Source: Amphiscolops sp. MND2022
Lineage: Eukaryota
NCBI GenBank assembly: GCA_964187785.1
Contig: OZ076412.1
Span: 17,732,001 to 17,796,000 of the forward strand
Reading direction: 5' to 3'
DNA: 64,000 nucleotides
Position numbers and translations under genes: made by a program. Positions 1 to 13,000 of the stretch are shown here, in pieces. Position 1 is the first letter of the stretch. Every line of letters starts with the position of its first letter. The notes below the pieces were generated by a model that ran no database searches, was not told the origin of the DNA, and worked only from the letters and a program-made list of their open reading frames with translations.

Positions 1-120
1 TCAGAAGACAAAAGGTTAGACTTCATTGGTTTGCATAACTATACGTTTGTGTAAAGTAGCATACATTTAGATTGGTATGTGAAAATGAACTTTAACCCTT
101 ATGACTTAAGAATAATTAGG

Positions 121-306
121 GCTTGGGATTCAAAAATTACACCTAGTGGTTTGGGATTCAAATTTTACAAATGATGGCTTGGGATTCAAAAATTACACTT
201 AGTGGTTTGGGATTCAAAAATTACACTTAGTGGTTTTGGGATTCAAAAATTACACTTAGTGGTTTGGGATTCAAAAATTACACTTAGTGGTTTGGGATTC
301 AAAAAT
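121..306. repeat. 28-bp tandem repeat, ~7 copies (GGGATTCAAAAATTACACTTAGTGGTTT)
   Basis: GGGATTC recurs at 125, 153, 181, 209, 238, 266 and 294 with no unique spacers. Confidence 0.95.
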
Positions 307-1013
307 TGCAGTAAACCCCCCCTTCCCTTACTACTACCACAAATTTTTTATGCTTCCAAAAGTAGATGCGAGACCAAAGGTTTTCTTTCGTTTGATTTTT
401 TTCGTTTTTTTTTGGTTGTTGTAGCATAGAACAGAAATATTATTGTTGTCCCTAGCGGCCAATTCCCAAAGTCTGTCGTGCATTCTCATGAAACGTTCCC
501 AAAATAAGATCCCAATTTCTGGATTTCCTGGTTTTAAAATTGAAGCCCTTGTCAAATTTTTCACATGTTACTATTCGCTGCAACTTGACATCCGACAAAA
601 AATTGTCAAAAATTCGCGAAAATTCGAGGTCTTTTTGGCACGAAGAAATTTTAATTTAAATTAGACAAAATCGCCCGACTATTACAGTCATTTGTTTTTT
701 CTCAGGTCAGACACAAACGCGACGAAAACAGATATGATAGGGCGCCTGATAAGCGATATCTTATGGCACATGACCGTATGGGATTATAATGACAATGGGC
801 TCAGTGTTTAGAGCGTTAGCTTCCGAAGCAGGAGGACGGGATTCATTGGTATTTCATTTTTTGCGCCGAGCTGTTTTCGACGAGTTCCTGTTTCTCATCT
901 CCCCAAAAATCTTACCACTGAGTCATGTTCACCATGATGAAGTTATTCATGCATACACTTCCATGGCAGATCATGGTTTTAAAGTTAATTTATTTTTGGT
1001 TCCAGATTGGATT

Positions 1014-1049
1014 ATGAACTCAAGGCAACACGAAAAAGAACCCGTCAAG
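1014..1049 (+). CDS. KIF20: KIF20-like exon 1 (MNSRQHEKEPVK)
   Basis: ATG at 1014; donor GTACGT at 1050, phase 0 to VFLKIRP. Confidence 0.75.
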
Positions 1050-4000
1050 GTACGTTCTTCTGTTTTAATTGCGTCAGTTTTCTATTGCTCTATTCTGCAG
1101 CTACATATTTAACTTCATTGGTGGTGAATTCGATTATCTAGTTCATTTCCAAGTTTTCTCAACAGATTTTTCGTCTTTGGGTGAAATTTCTCGGAAAATA
1201 ATTGCAGAATATAAAGAAGTCCCGTTCCAAAAAGTTTTGCAATTTTCTATTGTCAAGTATCCATTCTCTATTGCTACCATGGTTATTTTTTGCCCAGGTT
1301 TTCTTGAAGATACGCCCGTTGAAGGCGAATGAAAGCAGTTTTCCATACGTGGTCACACAAGACAGAAAGGTGCTGAAGTTTGAAGTGCCGAACAAGAGTT
1401 CCGAGTTTTCCTTTTCCTCAATTTATGATGGCCACACTTCACAGAAAGACTTTTTCGAGCAAACAGTGCTGCCTCTTCTTGAAGATTTCAACACAGGGTT
1501 CAATTGTCTGGTGTTCACCTACGGGGTTACCAATTCTGGAAAAACATACACGTTGCAGGGAATACCCTCTGATCCTGGTTAGTCCTGATTGTTTCGTATG
1601 TATCACCTTTTTACACGGGGTGAATAAATTTACACTTGTTTTGTGTCAATAAAGTTGCGTGAAACTACAAATTAAATAGTCCAATTTTCAATTAATTACG
1701 GGAAGTGCCGTCTTTCAAATGGAATTTGTCCTGGAGAAAGCCGTATCTGAGCGTGAAATAATATTTACTTTTATTTAAAATAATTGAAACTTTTCATAAT
1801 CAAAATATTTTCATGGTTTTTGTCAATTAAGGCAAATGGGAAGTCGCGTTCGGAAACCTCAACTTTCATTGAATGTGAAAGCAAGTCATGGATGATTCCC
1901 TGATGAATTCTCGAAGTTGCCCCCCCCCCATTAATGGAAGCCGTTTCTTTAGATGTTTGATGTTTGAGTGTTAACGATGAAGTACTTTTGTTGATTTTCA
2001 AAGCGAAACGTTGCTTTTGATAATTTTTTGTAAATGCTCGTTTTGGAACAGGTAGCTTGGGTTAGTTTATTTACTATTCACTATGATCGGAGATCTGGAA
2101 GCTATGTTATTATAGAGAAAGAATTATGATTTGAACGTTTCAGATTGCCACGTTAATCTGAGCTAAAGAAAAAAACAGAATTGGCTGATAATTATTCAGT
2201 TCAATTAATACGAATAAAACCAAATAAGAAAGATAAGTAAGTATAGTTCATGTGAGTTAGCTGCCCTATGGTCGACCGTCTCATATAATGAGGGAAAATA
2301 AGCAATTGGTTAAAGAACAAAAGCTGCAGTGACACAGTAATAATGCATTTCAGAGACAAAAAATGCAGTCTCAATCGTCTAGAATAAATAGTCAACTATT
2401 GCTGATCAAACTAAATTTGACACTTTTCGCTACATCTTTCCATTCCTATTGCCGCCGTGTTGTTACCGAAAATTCGACAGCTGGAATAATAGAACCTGAA
2501 ATATTTGTAACAGGATAGATTCACTGGAAAGAGTTGTTTGGAAGGTAAAGAAAAGATGTAACATCAATTTAAGTTTGGCAAGTTACGTTTTGCGTTTACA
2601 TTTTCAGTCACATGTGCTTTTAAAATCTTCGGGATGAATAATGGGTTCGGTAGCAATAACATGGAATTCGTTCACTTCCATAAAACTCATTCTCCAATTT
2701 CGATTACTTAAACCATCCCACAGCTCGGAACTTTTAGGGCAGTTTGCGCTTGGTTGTTGACAAGGATTGTTGATTCTATCAACGAAATACCGAACAGTTT
2801 TTCTAAATTCCACCAAGTTAAACGCCGTGGCGTTTGTGGCCTCAAAGTGTTATGGTTCAGAGTTACCATCCGGGCAAACTTTACTTATACAAAGGACGAC
2901 TTCTGATGAGAATTTCTTCCTAGTGACAGTTTTTCCACCCATTTCACAAACACACAATACTTCCTTCGAAGCTTGCATATCAGAGCAACCTGCACTACAC
3001 AAGTCGACAGTGGGGATCATATAATATAATTGTATACTTCAACTGCAAGTCATCCGTCTCAAAATGGAAGCAGTTGACATCAGTTCCGTTTTCTATGTCG
3101 AATCTGAAAAGTACAAATCAGGCTGTTTCCGAGATAATTAATGTGTGAAGCAATATAGATTGTTAGCCATTCTCCAGATATGCATCAGACAATGAAGAAG
3201 CAAAACTTCCTAATGTCTTTCTAATAGCCCGCGCTATGCCTTAAAAAGTAATGCAAAACCTTAACGTTTTTGCTGTTGTCGATGTCATTGGATTCATGAT
3301 CTAAATTGCATGTTCAATTCTAATGAACATCACCTGCAATATCTGTGAATGCTGAATGCGGAACTAAAACCGCAAAAATACTTGTCTCAATATGGGATCT
3401 CTCTGATTGCAAAAATTACTTGATGTAGACGCAATAATGATGAAAATGTCGCATGAATGGGTGCAGTATGAATGGCATGCAACGTCAGAACTTCACAACT
3501 AAAATTTCGAAGCCAACGAAGGAAAAAAATATACTGAAAGTTGCTATCTCATCAGTTATGTAGCAAAAGTTTACAGGGATTTCCAAATGTAAAAGATATT
3601 CATTCAGGCAAAAGATGCCTGCAACCGGACCATTATTTGAGCCTTTAGAATCAGAAAAGTTCCCACGGAAAGGTTTCACTGTTCTGGTGTTGAAATTCAT
3701 GGTCCAAAACGATCCGGTAAAGGATTGAAATTTCCACCGACTGGGTGCTTAGGCAAATGTAAATGCTCTTTATATATTTTCTAGTGATGCCTACAAGTAA
3801 GCAAAAAACACCGTCCTTTGTAATTAACAAAGTTGGTTTTTAGGGAAGATTTGGGGTCAGCCGGAAAAATGTGATGTCATAATCTGCCGGAAAGTCGTAA
3901 TCGGGTCTCATTCCAGAAAGGTACTCACTTCATTGACATCCGAAGTGGTTGATGGAAAGTATTATTCTGCTTATGTAAAGTAGAAAATCGATTTTTTTCG

Positions 4001-7000
4001 CATTCATCAATGAATTCTTAACCAACCGGACATTTGACGCAGGGAAAACTTTTTTTCACAATATCCGACAGCAGCATATCTTCTTTGAACGAATTGATTT
4101 TTTTTCAGTCGTTGAGTTAAATCATCAAAAATAGGGAGAGTTACCAGATCAACAGGAGATCGGAAGAGTTTGAAAATGATCATCGGTGAATCCAACTGGG
4201 GCGTTTGTCATTGGTATAAGCTGCCAAAAGTTACATCAGCTCTTTTCGTGACTTGAGGCGTTCCAAAAAACCGCTGGCCAGACTTGAAATGGCCTACTGT
4301 CGAATTATTGAATGTGAAGCATTTAGATAAGAATTGAATAATTGACATAGCCAGAATAACTCGTCAATCCATATTTGTGTCTTCTGCATCGATCAGTGTG
4401 TATTATTTGGTGGAACTCTAAGGGGAATGAGTTGGTCGTTATTCGTTTACAGCAGTGACAGGAGACTTCATCGGGCAGCGCAATAGGATCTTCATTGATG
4501 TTTAGAGGCGACAAAACTGTAACCTCGAATGCATCTGAGTCTGAAGTTGAGTAGTTCTGCTCATCACAAATGAACAATTAATTGTTCGGAGCATTCACAA
4601 TCCTGCCGCAATGTTGACATTTCAAGACTTTCCGTTTGCTTCGACGAACCATTTTTCAAAACCTTAAAAAACAATCTGGTTATATAATATATTTTTGTGT
4701 TTGTGTATACATCATTTTCGCAAAAGGAAAAGTCACTTTAATAGTAGACCACCCAAATGTCGGACAATTAGATTAATAACGAGACAGAGGAAAATCCATG
4801 GGCCACTCTCTTGGTAGACCACATGTCAATGAGAAAATTGAAGTTTAACTGAATGAAAAAACTGAAGTATCTGAACACTTATGTTTGCTTAACACTTATG
4901 ACAAAAGAATCAATACAATGAAATCAGTGGAAACAAGCTGTTCCGTTTTCAGCAATATATTCGATTTTCAACATTTGACAGAAATTGTTTTCCCTACAAT
5001 TTAGCTGAAAAGTAAAAATATTAGTCAAAAGACATTTGTTCAGATGACATACGAGCAAGGGAAAGTAGAAAAGCGATCAATCGAAAATACTTACAGAATA
5101 TTTTGTTTCCTATAACGTAACGAAGTTAGCTGGATCCAAACGTTGACAAATGCGCTTTATCTTTCCCGACTATCCATTTGGAACTTATCATTGTCCCATC
5201 CCAATGAACGTGGACGAGCCAGTTGCGGTGTGTTGAATAGCGTGATTTGAATATTTGATGTTCATGAAAGTCGCTTCAGCAATTCGGTGCGGTAACCCGA
5301 GGGCGAACACATTTCCCAAATCCGACAAGTGCTCAGCTGCAGCCAGACTATGACAGACAGTTTCCAGGACTGACCCCTTATACCTCAATTGATCTGAAAA
5401 GAACAGGGCAAAGAAAAATACCTACTGTCTGCAACTATTTTGAGGTCCCGACTATTGATGAAGCTTCTACTAAACATACTTCAACGCGTTAAGGTTGTGA
5501 CATGCAAAATATTTGTGTTTTTCCGACATGTTCGAGAATTGGCTCAAAGGTCAACAATTGGTTCGAGAGTTCAGGTGCCATCATTCAATCATTTGTCCTT
5601 CAAACATAGCACATGCCTTCTACCGAATGTGGCCAACATTTTTGCACTCCTAACCGAGGACCTTTAGACGCACAGTATAAACGTAGGCATTTGAGTCCAA
5701 AAAACAACTACCTTCGTGGGGTCGATTTTGTTGACGTAAAAATACGTATCAGTAGAGTTCTCGGCCCTCTCGAAGTTGGCTCCCCAATAGTCTTGAAATT
5801 CTTGAAATTAAGTTGATCAAGTTTGAGTACTAAACAAGCTGCCTTCGAATACAAGCCTCAAACGTGAAACTTGTGCAAGGTTAAGAAGCTGTTAAACTGT
5901 TATGCCATGTTTAGAATCGAAAAGTATCCCTAACGTGAAGTAAATAAGTCTCTGTCAATGCTCAAGAACTCCGTCAGAAGCGAATTGTTTTGAATGACAT
6001 TCGCCAAAAAAACCCAAGAAATTTTAAGCCAGCTATTTTGATTTCTCGCACCTTTTGTATTGATTGCCTTGTATTGGGAACGGCCATGTTACGAGCAAGT
6101 ATCTTATGCTGGTAATAATGAAAAACGACAATTATCGATGGATAGAGTGACGATTCTTCCTGAAAACAGCTTTTCTAATTTGTAAGTTGATGAACTCCAC
6201 GAATGGACTTTTGGTGTTATCTGTGCGGTGACAGAAGTAAAGAGCGCAGTCTTTCAATTTGTTCAGAACCTGGTTTCGAGAAATTTTGAAACAGTCGTTC
6301 AGAGCCAAATAAGAGAAGGAGGCTTTTTGCTTCGGCTTTGTTTTAAATATTCAAAAGGGAACTTTTGAAACGAAAAAAATCTGAATACCGAAAGTCCAAG
6401 GGGTGTGTTTTTTTGTCTTCTAGTTTTAAAAATGTTAAATACTCTTTAAGTAACCAAAAAGGGAACCGTTCGAATGAGTTTTGTATTTGCTACTCAAAGA
6501 TACACAACGTTCGAAGAAAAATGAGCATTGCAGGCCGAAAAACAGCTAACCTTTATTCTAGCTTTGTCTGCTTTTCCGCGGAAAAGCCCCGACTAAAGAC
6601 ACTGCTGATAGTTTTTTCCATTCTCGTGAGCTTCTACAAGGAATAATTTAAAATTCTGGACTTTCAGGTATTTTACCGAGAGCCTTGGATGTCGTGTTCA
6701 GCAAAATTGCGAATCACCATGACGATGTCAATCCAATGCCCAAGTTTTTCAACCAGTTCCAAGATGCGACTGCTTCGAAAGTGGATAGCCATGAAAAACT
6801 GAAGCTCAGTCTGCTGGCTAGCTCAAACACAGGGGTACGCAGTGTGTTGAACGAGACGATGATCTCAGGGTCCACTGACAGGGAAGTGTCCATGTTCTGT
6901 CCCAGTCTCCCGGCTCAGTCTGTGGAGAGCACTGTGGCCTCTATCGTGGAAGAGCCATCTCGTGTTCTTAGTGACTCCTCCATCTTCGTGTCTCCTTCCC

Positions 7001-10000
7001 CGGACACTGCCGCCCAAGTCGGTGCTTCTAGTTACTCGATATGGGTGTCATTTCTGGAAATTTACAATGAGAAGATAACAGACTTACTTGTCCCCCCAAA
7101 GTAGGATACTTTTTATGTTATTGAAGGAATTTTCATGATTCGAGGCGGCCTTTTTGATAACTTTCTGTCTGAATTTTGCTTTTCTTGATATCAACCATGG
7201 AATGGAATGTCCAAGAAATATCACGAACTAAAAAAACCCTGAGTTCCTTTATTAAAAGAGATATCAATTAGTTTCCTTAGAAAAGGCAGTGTAAATATTG
7301 ATAAACTATTGAATGCTATTAAATTGAAGCAAATACTTGAATTGAATCGAACATTTGATTGTTGATAAAGACCATCACATTTGATTTTTCCATTTCATTG
7401 ATTACGACTGATTGGTAAAGAATAGACCGCGCGCTACGAAACCAGGTTTTTTAGCGATAAGTGACGTTTGTCCATTATTAATCGAGAAGGCGGCCGGCCA
7501 ATCTAGAAATGTGGGTTGGAAGTGGTTTTGTCACGCTGCAAGGTGTAGAGCCTCCTTGCAGTGTCAATAACGGTTCAGTGATATTAAACGGGAAAATATT
7601 AGATGCCAATAGTGTTTGATTTTGCTTTTTTCCAGTAAAAACACCAAGTCGAAGGCTCTCAAGCTCCACGAAGACTCGAGTGGCAACACGTTTGTGGGTG
7701 GTTTGTCGGAAATTAAGGTCAACTCAGCGCAGGAGGCTTGTCAAATTCTAGCGGCCGGTCAGCGCAACCTGAAGTACAGTGCAACTTCGTTGAATCAGAA
7801 GAGTTCCCGAAGTCATTGCATCTTCAACATCAAACTGGCCAAATTGACCGAGACCGGGGTGAAAGTCAGTCTCTTCTCTTTCTGCGATCTGGCTGGAAGC
7901 GAAAGACAATCCAAGGCGAAAACTAGTGGTAAGTTATCAGCTCACACATCTTCACAACTTCAAGATGTTTAACCTCTCTTTTCTACTGTAACATAGCATT
8001 CAGAGATGTGATCTGGGCGTTGACAAACTGCTGCTGCATAATTTTGAATTACATAGATCGCACATTCTTAGTTGCTATTGATCGTTTCTAGTTTTCCCAT
8101 GCATTTTTCAAATGCATTTCTGGTCGCCAAATAAAAGTGCCCCAATCAAGAGCGACTGACGGTTCGATGATTACGGCGACCATCGTTACCATTGCAGACC
8201 ATCATAGTTTCGCTTCGCACGGTCCCCTTATTGATGGTATTAAAAATAAATGAGAAAAAAACTAAAGAATTATCAGTTTTTTCTGAACATGTATTAAGTT
8301 GCTCCATTTTGAAATGAACATATGAATTGGCAGAAGTGCCAAAATGAGCAGTTTAATTGAGATTCGGTAGGGGTGAAAATAGGTAGATTCGTTCAATTAG
8401 GGAAACATTTTGCACTGTGGAACGTATCACTGGATTAAACAGGCGCTTTTGTCTGTACACGGCTTTTTTAGTCGGCGCTTCATGAAGTGAAACGCGACTA
8501 TTATAGTGACTTTTCTTTTTTTTTTTTTTTTTTTTCAATCCACACGAACTGACCAAAATAGTTCTTAAAAGTTCTACAAAATATTATTGGTCCAAAATGC
8601 ACTATTTGGTCTAGCGAACTGAACCAAAAAGGTTTTTCCTGTTTTTCCGCGTAACAAACCATACCGGGCGAGACCAAAGACTCCCCCCTTTCATTTTTTT
8701 CGGCACTGCGAGACTTTTTTTCCGAAAAAAAATTTTTTCCCCAAAGGGTCCCCCTGCATTTTTTTGATGTTTTGCGACAGAATGGATGTTGAAAAATCCC
8801 AAAGGGTCCCCCCTTTCAGTTTTTTTCGGCATTGTGAGATTTTTTCCCGAAAATGAAAATTTTTGTTTTCTTCAATTTTTTCATGTTTTGCGACAGAATG
8901 GATGTTGAAAAACCTCAAAGGGTCCTCCCTTTCAGTTTTTCGGCATTGTGAGACTTTAGCGCGCCAGGGGCTCGCGCTAGCGAGCCCCGGCGCGCCACTC
9001 GGTCCATTTTTTTTGAGTATGTAATTTTTGACTTGGAAGAGTACTTGACACTTGGAAGTCGTTTTGCTATTTTTGAGCCTTGGATATGGCGCCGACTTGG
9101 GCCGGTCCCGGCTTGTTTATCTTATTGTCGGGCGCCGCTTAGTGATGCAAGTTTGTAATTATTTTATTACCTTTATTCAGTTAATATGACTCGGTTACAA
9201 TCAGACAGTAAAGAACAAACTAGGGAAATATTTTGAATTAGGCACTGCTAGGCTTCGTTCTTTGATAGCTTTTTGATAGCACAAGCACTGTTAATCAGAG
9301 TTTTGACAGCGTTATTTTTTTCACTAAACCGCTAATTTCAAAATCACTATTTCGCTGAGAATTTAGGTAAGCGTTGGAATTTTTTCGAAATTCACTTTGG
9401 AACTGTTTTTAGAGGAAAACTTGAATTCGGACAATCTATTAGTTGCCGCTTATTTGAATCGCTGAAAACATGCTGCGCGGCCGTTAAATCGCTTATTAGC
9501 GGTGTCAAATTTTGCTGTTGATTGTTATGAACTTTCAGGCGTTGGGATGAAAGAAACAGCCAAAATAAACGCTAGCATGTTGCAACTGGGGCAGTGTTTG
9601 AAACAGCTTCGGGAAAACTGCGAGAAGAAGCAGAAAGAAAATAAAACCTTCGTTGCTTTCCGAAACTCCAAGTTGACGCACTTGTTCCAAAACGTGCTCC
9701 AGGGGTCTGGCAGAGCAGTTATGATTGTGAACATAGCATCCGACAACAGAGTTATCGACGAAACCTTCAACGCACTCAAACTCAGTGCTGTGGCCCAGAA
9801 GATATCAACCAAAGCGGCTGTCACTACTGAACAGCCCAAAATTGTACCCGAGACACCGGCTGCCGGTAAGCAACTTTTCTACCCCCCCCCCCCCCCCCAC
9901 GATCAAAAATTTTCGAGGGTATTTAGCAAAAAAAATTTCAAACTGGCCGAATTAAAAGTGAAATTTATTTCTTAACAGGAAGTTAACTTCTATTAGAATA

Positions 10001-13000
10001 ATTTTTCAATTGAACAAAACATTTTTCACACTTTTTAACTGTGAATATGTTGAAAATTAACTGTTTTTTTTGTGCTCAAAAAAGGAAGTTGTTACTAATT
10101 TGTATCGGAATTCTAAAGTTCATCCTGAGAATAAATATAGAATTAAAGGTTTCTAATTTACTTCTAAGTCATTTTATCCTTATATTTTCACAAAATTGTT
10201 TCGAAAAATTAGGTGACGGGGACAGAAAAGAACTGAAGAAAAATGTGTGATTTTGAGGAAAGGTATTGATCCTCTTTTGAGTTCTCCTTTCCGTTATATT
10301 TTGTCTTAAAATTTGGTTTAAAAGAGAGTATGTAGACAATCGTCCACCATTGTTTTCTGAGAATCCACCCAACTATGGGCAGTGATAAACATTCAAATAT
10401 TGAAATCTGAATGAATTTAAATCATCATTTAAACTTCAATTGCTTTTACGGCGTTAAGTTTAAATGGAGCCATTTGAATGGACCATTTGAATTTAAAAGT
10501 TGAAAATATATTTATTTTCCATTGAAATCTGAACTTTGAAACTTTTTTTCAGTCATTTTTTTTTCGTACGGGATTCGAGTACCTACTGAAAAATTCAGGT
10601 ATTTCGCTCGGCAGTGAGTATAAGCGTGAGATTTGAATTTCTCAAGCTGCTAACAACAATTCGGTTCTCGTTCGATAGAGAGCGAGTGGTAATTATGCAT
10701 TCGTACGCCGAATTCATTGACATGAAGCGAATGAGTGTTAATAATTCTTTCGCCGAGAGCTTCGCCTGCATTCAAATGCGAATGCGAAACTTCGTCTACT
10801 CTTAGTAGTTATATTTTCTTTAGTCCGAGAAGAATTAAAGGCGGTGCAAACTGGTACAGTGATTAAAAGTGCGCTATGTAAATGATTGAGATATGCTTCT
10901 GTTATTGAACATGAAAGCTTAAAAGCAGAAATATACTGTGCCCCGCAGGGGCCTATTTTTGACAGAAATTGAACGCAGAAATCGACAATGAGTCGTAATT
11001 TCGCTAGTCTGAATAGTTAAAGTTCCTACAGTTTACTGAGTATCGGTAAACCATCTTAAGCAATTATTGAAGGAGGGTTCTCAAAAAAGTTCCTTCCGAA
11101 GAGAGCCATTTTTTTTGAATTTTCATTTCTCTGTGCAATTCAAATCACTGACTGTGGGCCTTATTACTCCATCGCCAGAAATAGTTTGGTTCCATGAATG
11201 GTTCACCCGAATGTTTGTCAAGGTTAAGACGACAGCCCTCCCTCGTGGACTATGGCACTTATAGAGGACTCTTCCCTAGCTGGTCAGTTCACTCCCAATC
11301 CATTGTTGTGAACTGAGGGCTCTCTAGCATGATTACGTAATTAAGATGATTGAGTATTCTTTATTCTTCTACTTATATATCTGGTATGGTTTTGGAACCC
11401 TTCGTGAAATTGTCGGTTCTATTATCTGAATTTTGTGTGCAGTGAAGACGTATCGCAGTGCCTTGGGGGTGCCGAGTTCGGCCAAAAAATGCAAACTGTC
11501 TTTCGACAAAAAAGGGCCCCTCAGGCAGATCCAGGAGGAAGATAATGACGTGGCTGATGAAACCGCAGTTGTTACGTCACCAGAAATAAGTTCAATCCAC
11601 ACAGATGAGAACGGAGAAGACGAGGGTTCCGAGTTGCTGGCCATGTCGGATGATGACCAGTCTGATCAAGAGGAGGAAGAGGAGGACGAAAGTGGAAGCG
11701 AAGAAGGAAGTGAGGAGAGTAGTGACCAGGAGGAAGATTCGGAAGTTGTTAGTAGTTTCGGCCGCCTTTCTAGTCAGCGCATTCGTTAGAAAACACAGAC
11801 TATAGTAGTGCTTTTTTTGAACACCAGTGAACTTACAGATTTCTCAATTTTTAGTCGGCGCTTTCGTAGAAAAAGCAGACTATAGTTGTGACTTTTTTAA
11901 AGACCACCTAACTGACAGATTTTATACGTTTCATAAGTTGCTCAGTAACTTGTAACTTCGACTGCCAGAGAATAATCAGGGTTTTTGAGGTCTGAGAAGC
12001 AAAAGGACGTGGGTTCGATTCTCGCACTTGACAAAAAATTTTAATACTAGTTTTTTTTCGGCTTTGTGAAATTTTTCGAAATGTTTCTTTGTGTCTCCAA
12101 AGGGTCCCCCTTCAATTTTTAATATTTTGCAACAAATTGGATTTGAAAAAAGCCCAAAGGGTCCCTCGTTTACGATTTTCGGTCTTGTGTGGTTTTCTCG
12201 GCACACACTATCCGAATTTTGTTTTCAGACCAGTGTTTTTTCCATGCAACTTTTTTCTAATTTTTTCTTATCGAAGCCCCCTCAATTTGTTCTATAACGA
12301 AACGTTTTGCGAGCATAGAGGATTCCTTAGGGTTTTCGGCACCATTACGAAACATATCCCCGCGAGCAAGTTCCCAGATCTTGCGACTTGCATTAATAAC
12401 CAATCACAGTGAGTTATTATGATGTTTACTGTTTTACACTTTTCTCCTATTACACCAAGTGATAATCAGTTACACTGAATGACAAAAATTCACTAATTGA
12501 CTGGTTTACACTATTTTCCGGTCCATAAATTTACACTAATTGACTGTATTACGCACTGATGCAGTACTACGCACTTTGACTAAATTACGCGATTTTCCAC
12601 TACGCATTTTGACTATGCGACTTACCGGAGATCTTCATAGAAATTTTTCAAAAAAATTTCCTCAAGTTATCGTTATTTGATAGTTTTCTGTGGAGCAAAA
12701 TGGTTTTTGTTGTCTCCAGTTGTGGAAAAAGTGGTCTTCGAGTCTTATGCGTATTCCTTGGGATATTTTTGACACTGTAAAATTGATGAAATTTTAACAA
12801 GTGTCCTTTGGCAAATTCAAAAAACTTTACTCTTCTGAACCTTGAGCGGGCACCGACTTGGGCTGTTCCCGGCTTGTTATAAATTGCTTCCGAAATTTGC
12901 AGCGTAAGTACGGCCACTTTGTAAGTGGATGAGTGCGTGGCTTTGAAGCAAGGGTATACGAGTTCGAATCCGGGTATGGACAATTTTTTGATGTTCGCAA

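Noticed and set aside
121-306. Possible CRISPR array
   Set aside because: Units are contiguous with no unique spacers, there are no cas genes, and the context is eukaryotic.
9884-9900. Poly-C run (and poly-T at ~8515-8537) as functional elements
   Set aside because: Simple intronic homopolymers with no supporting context.
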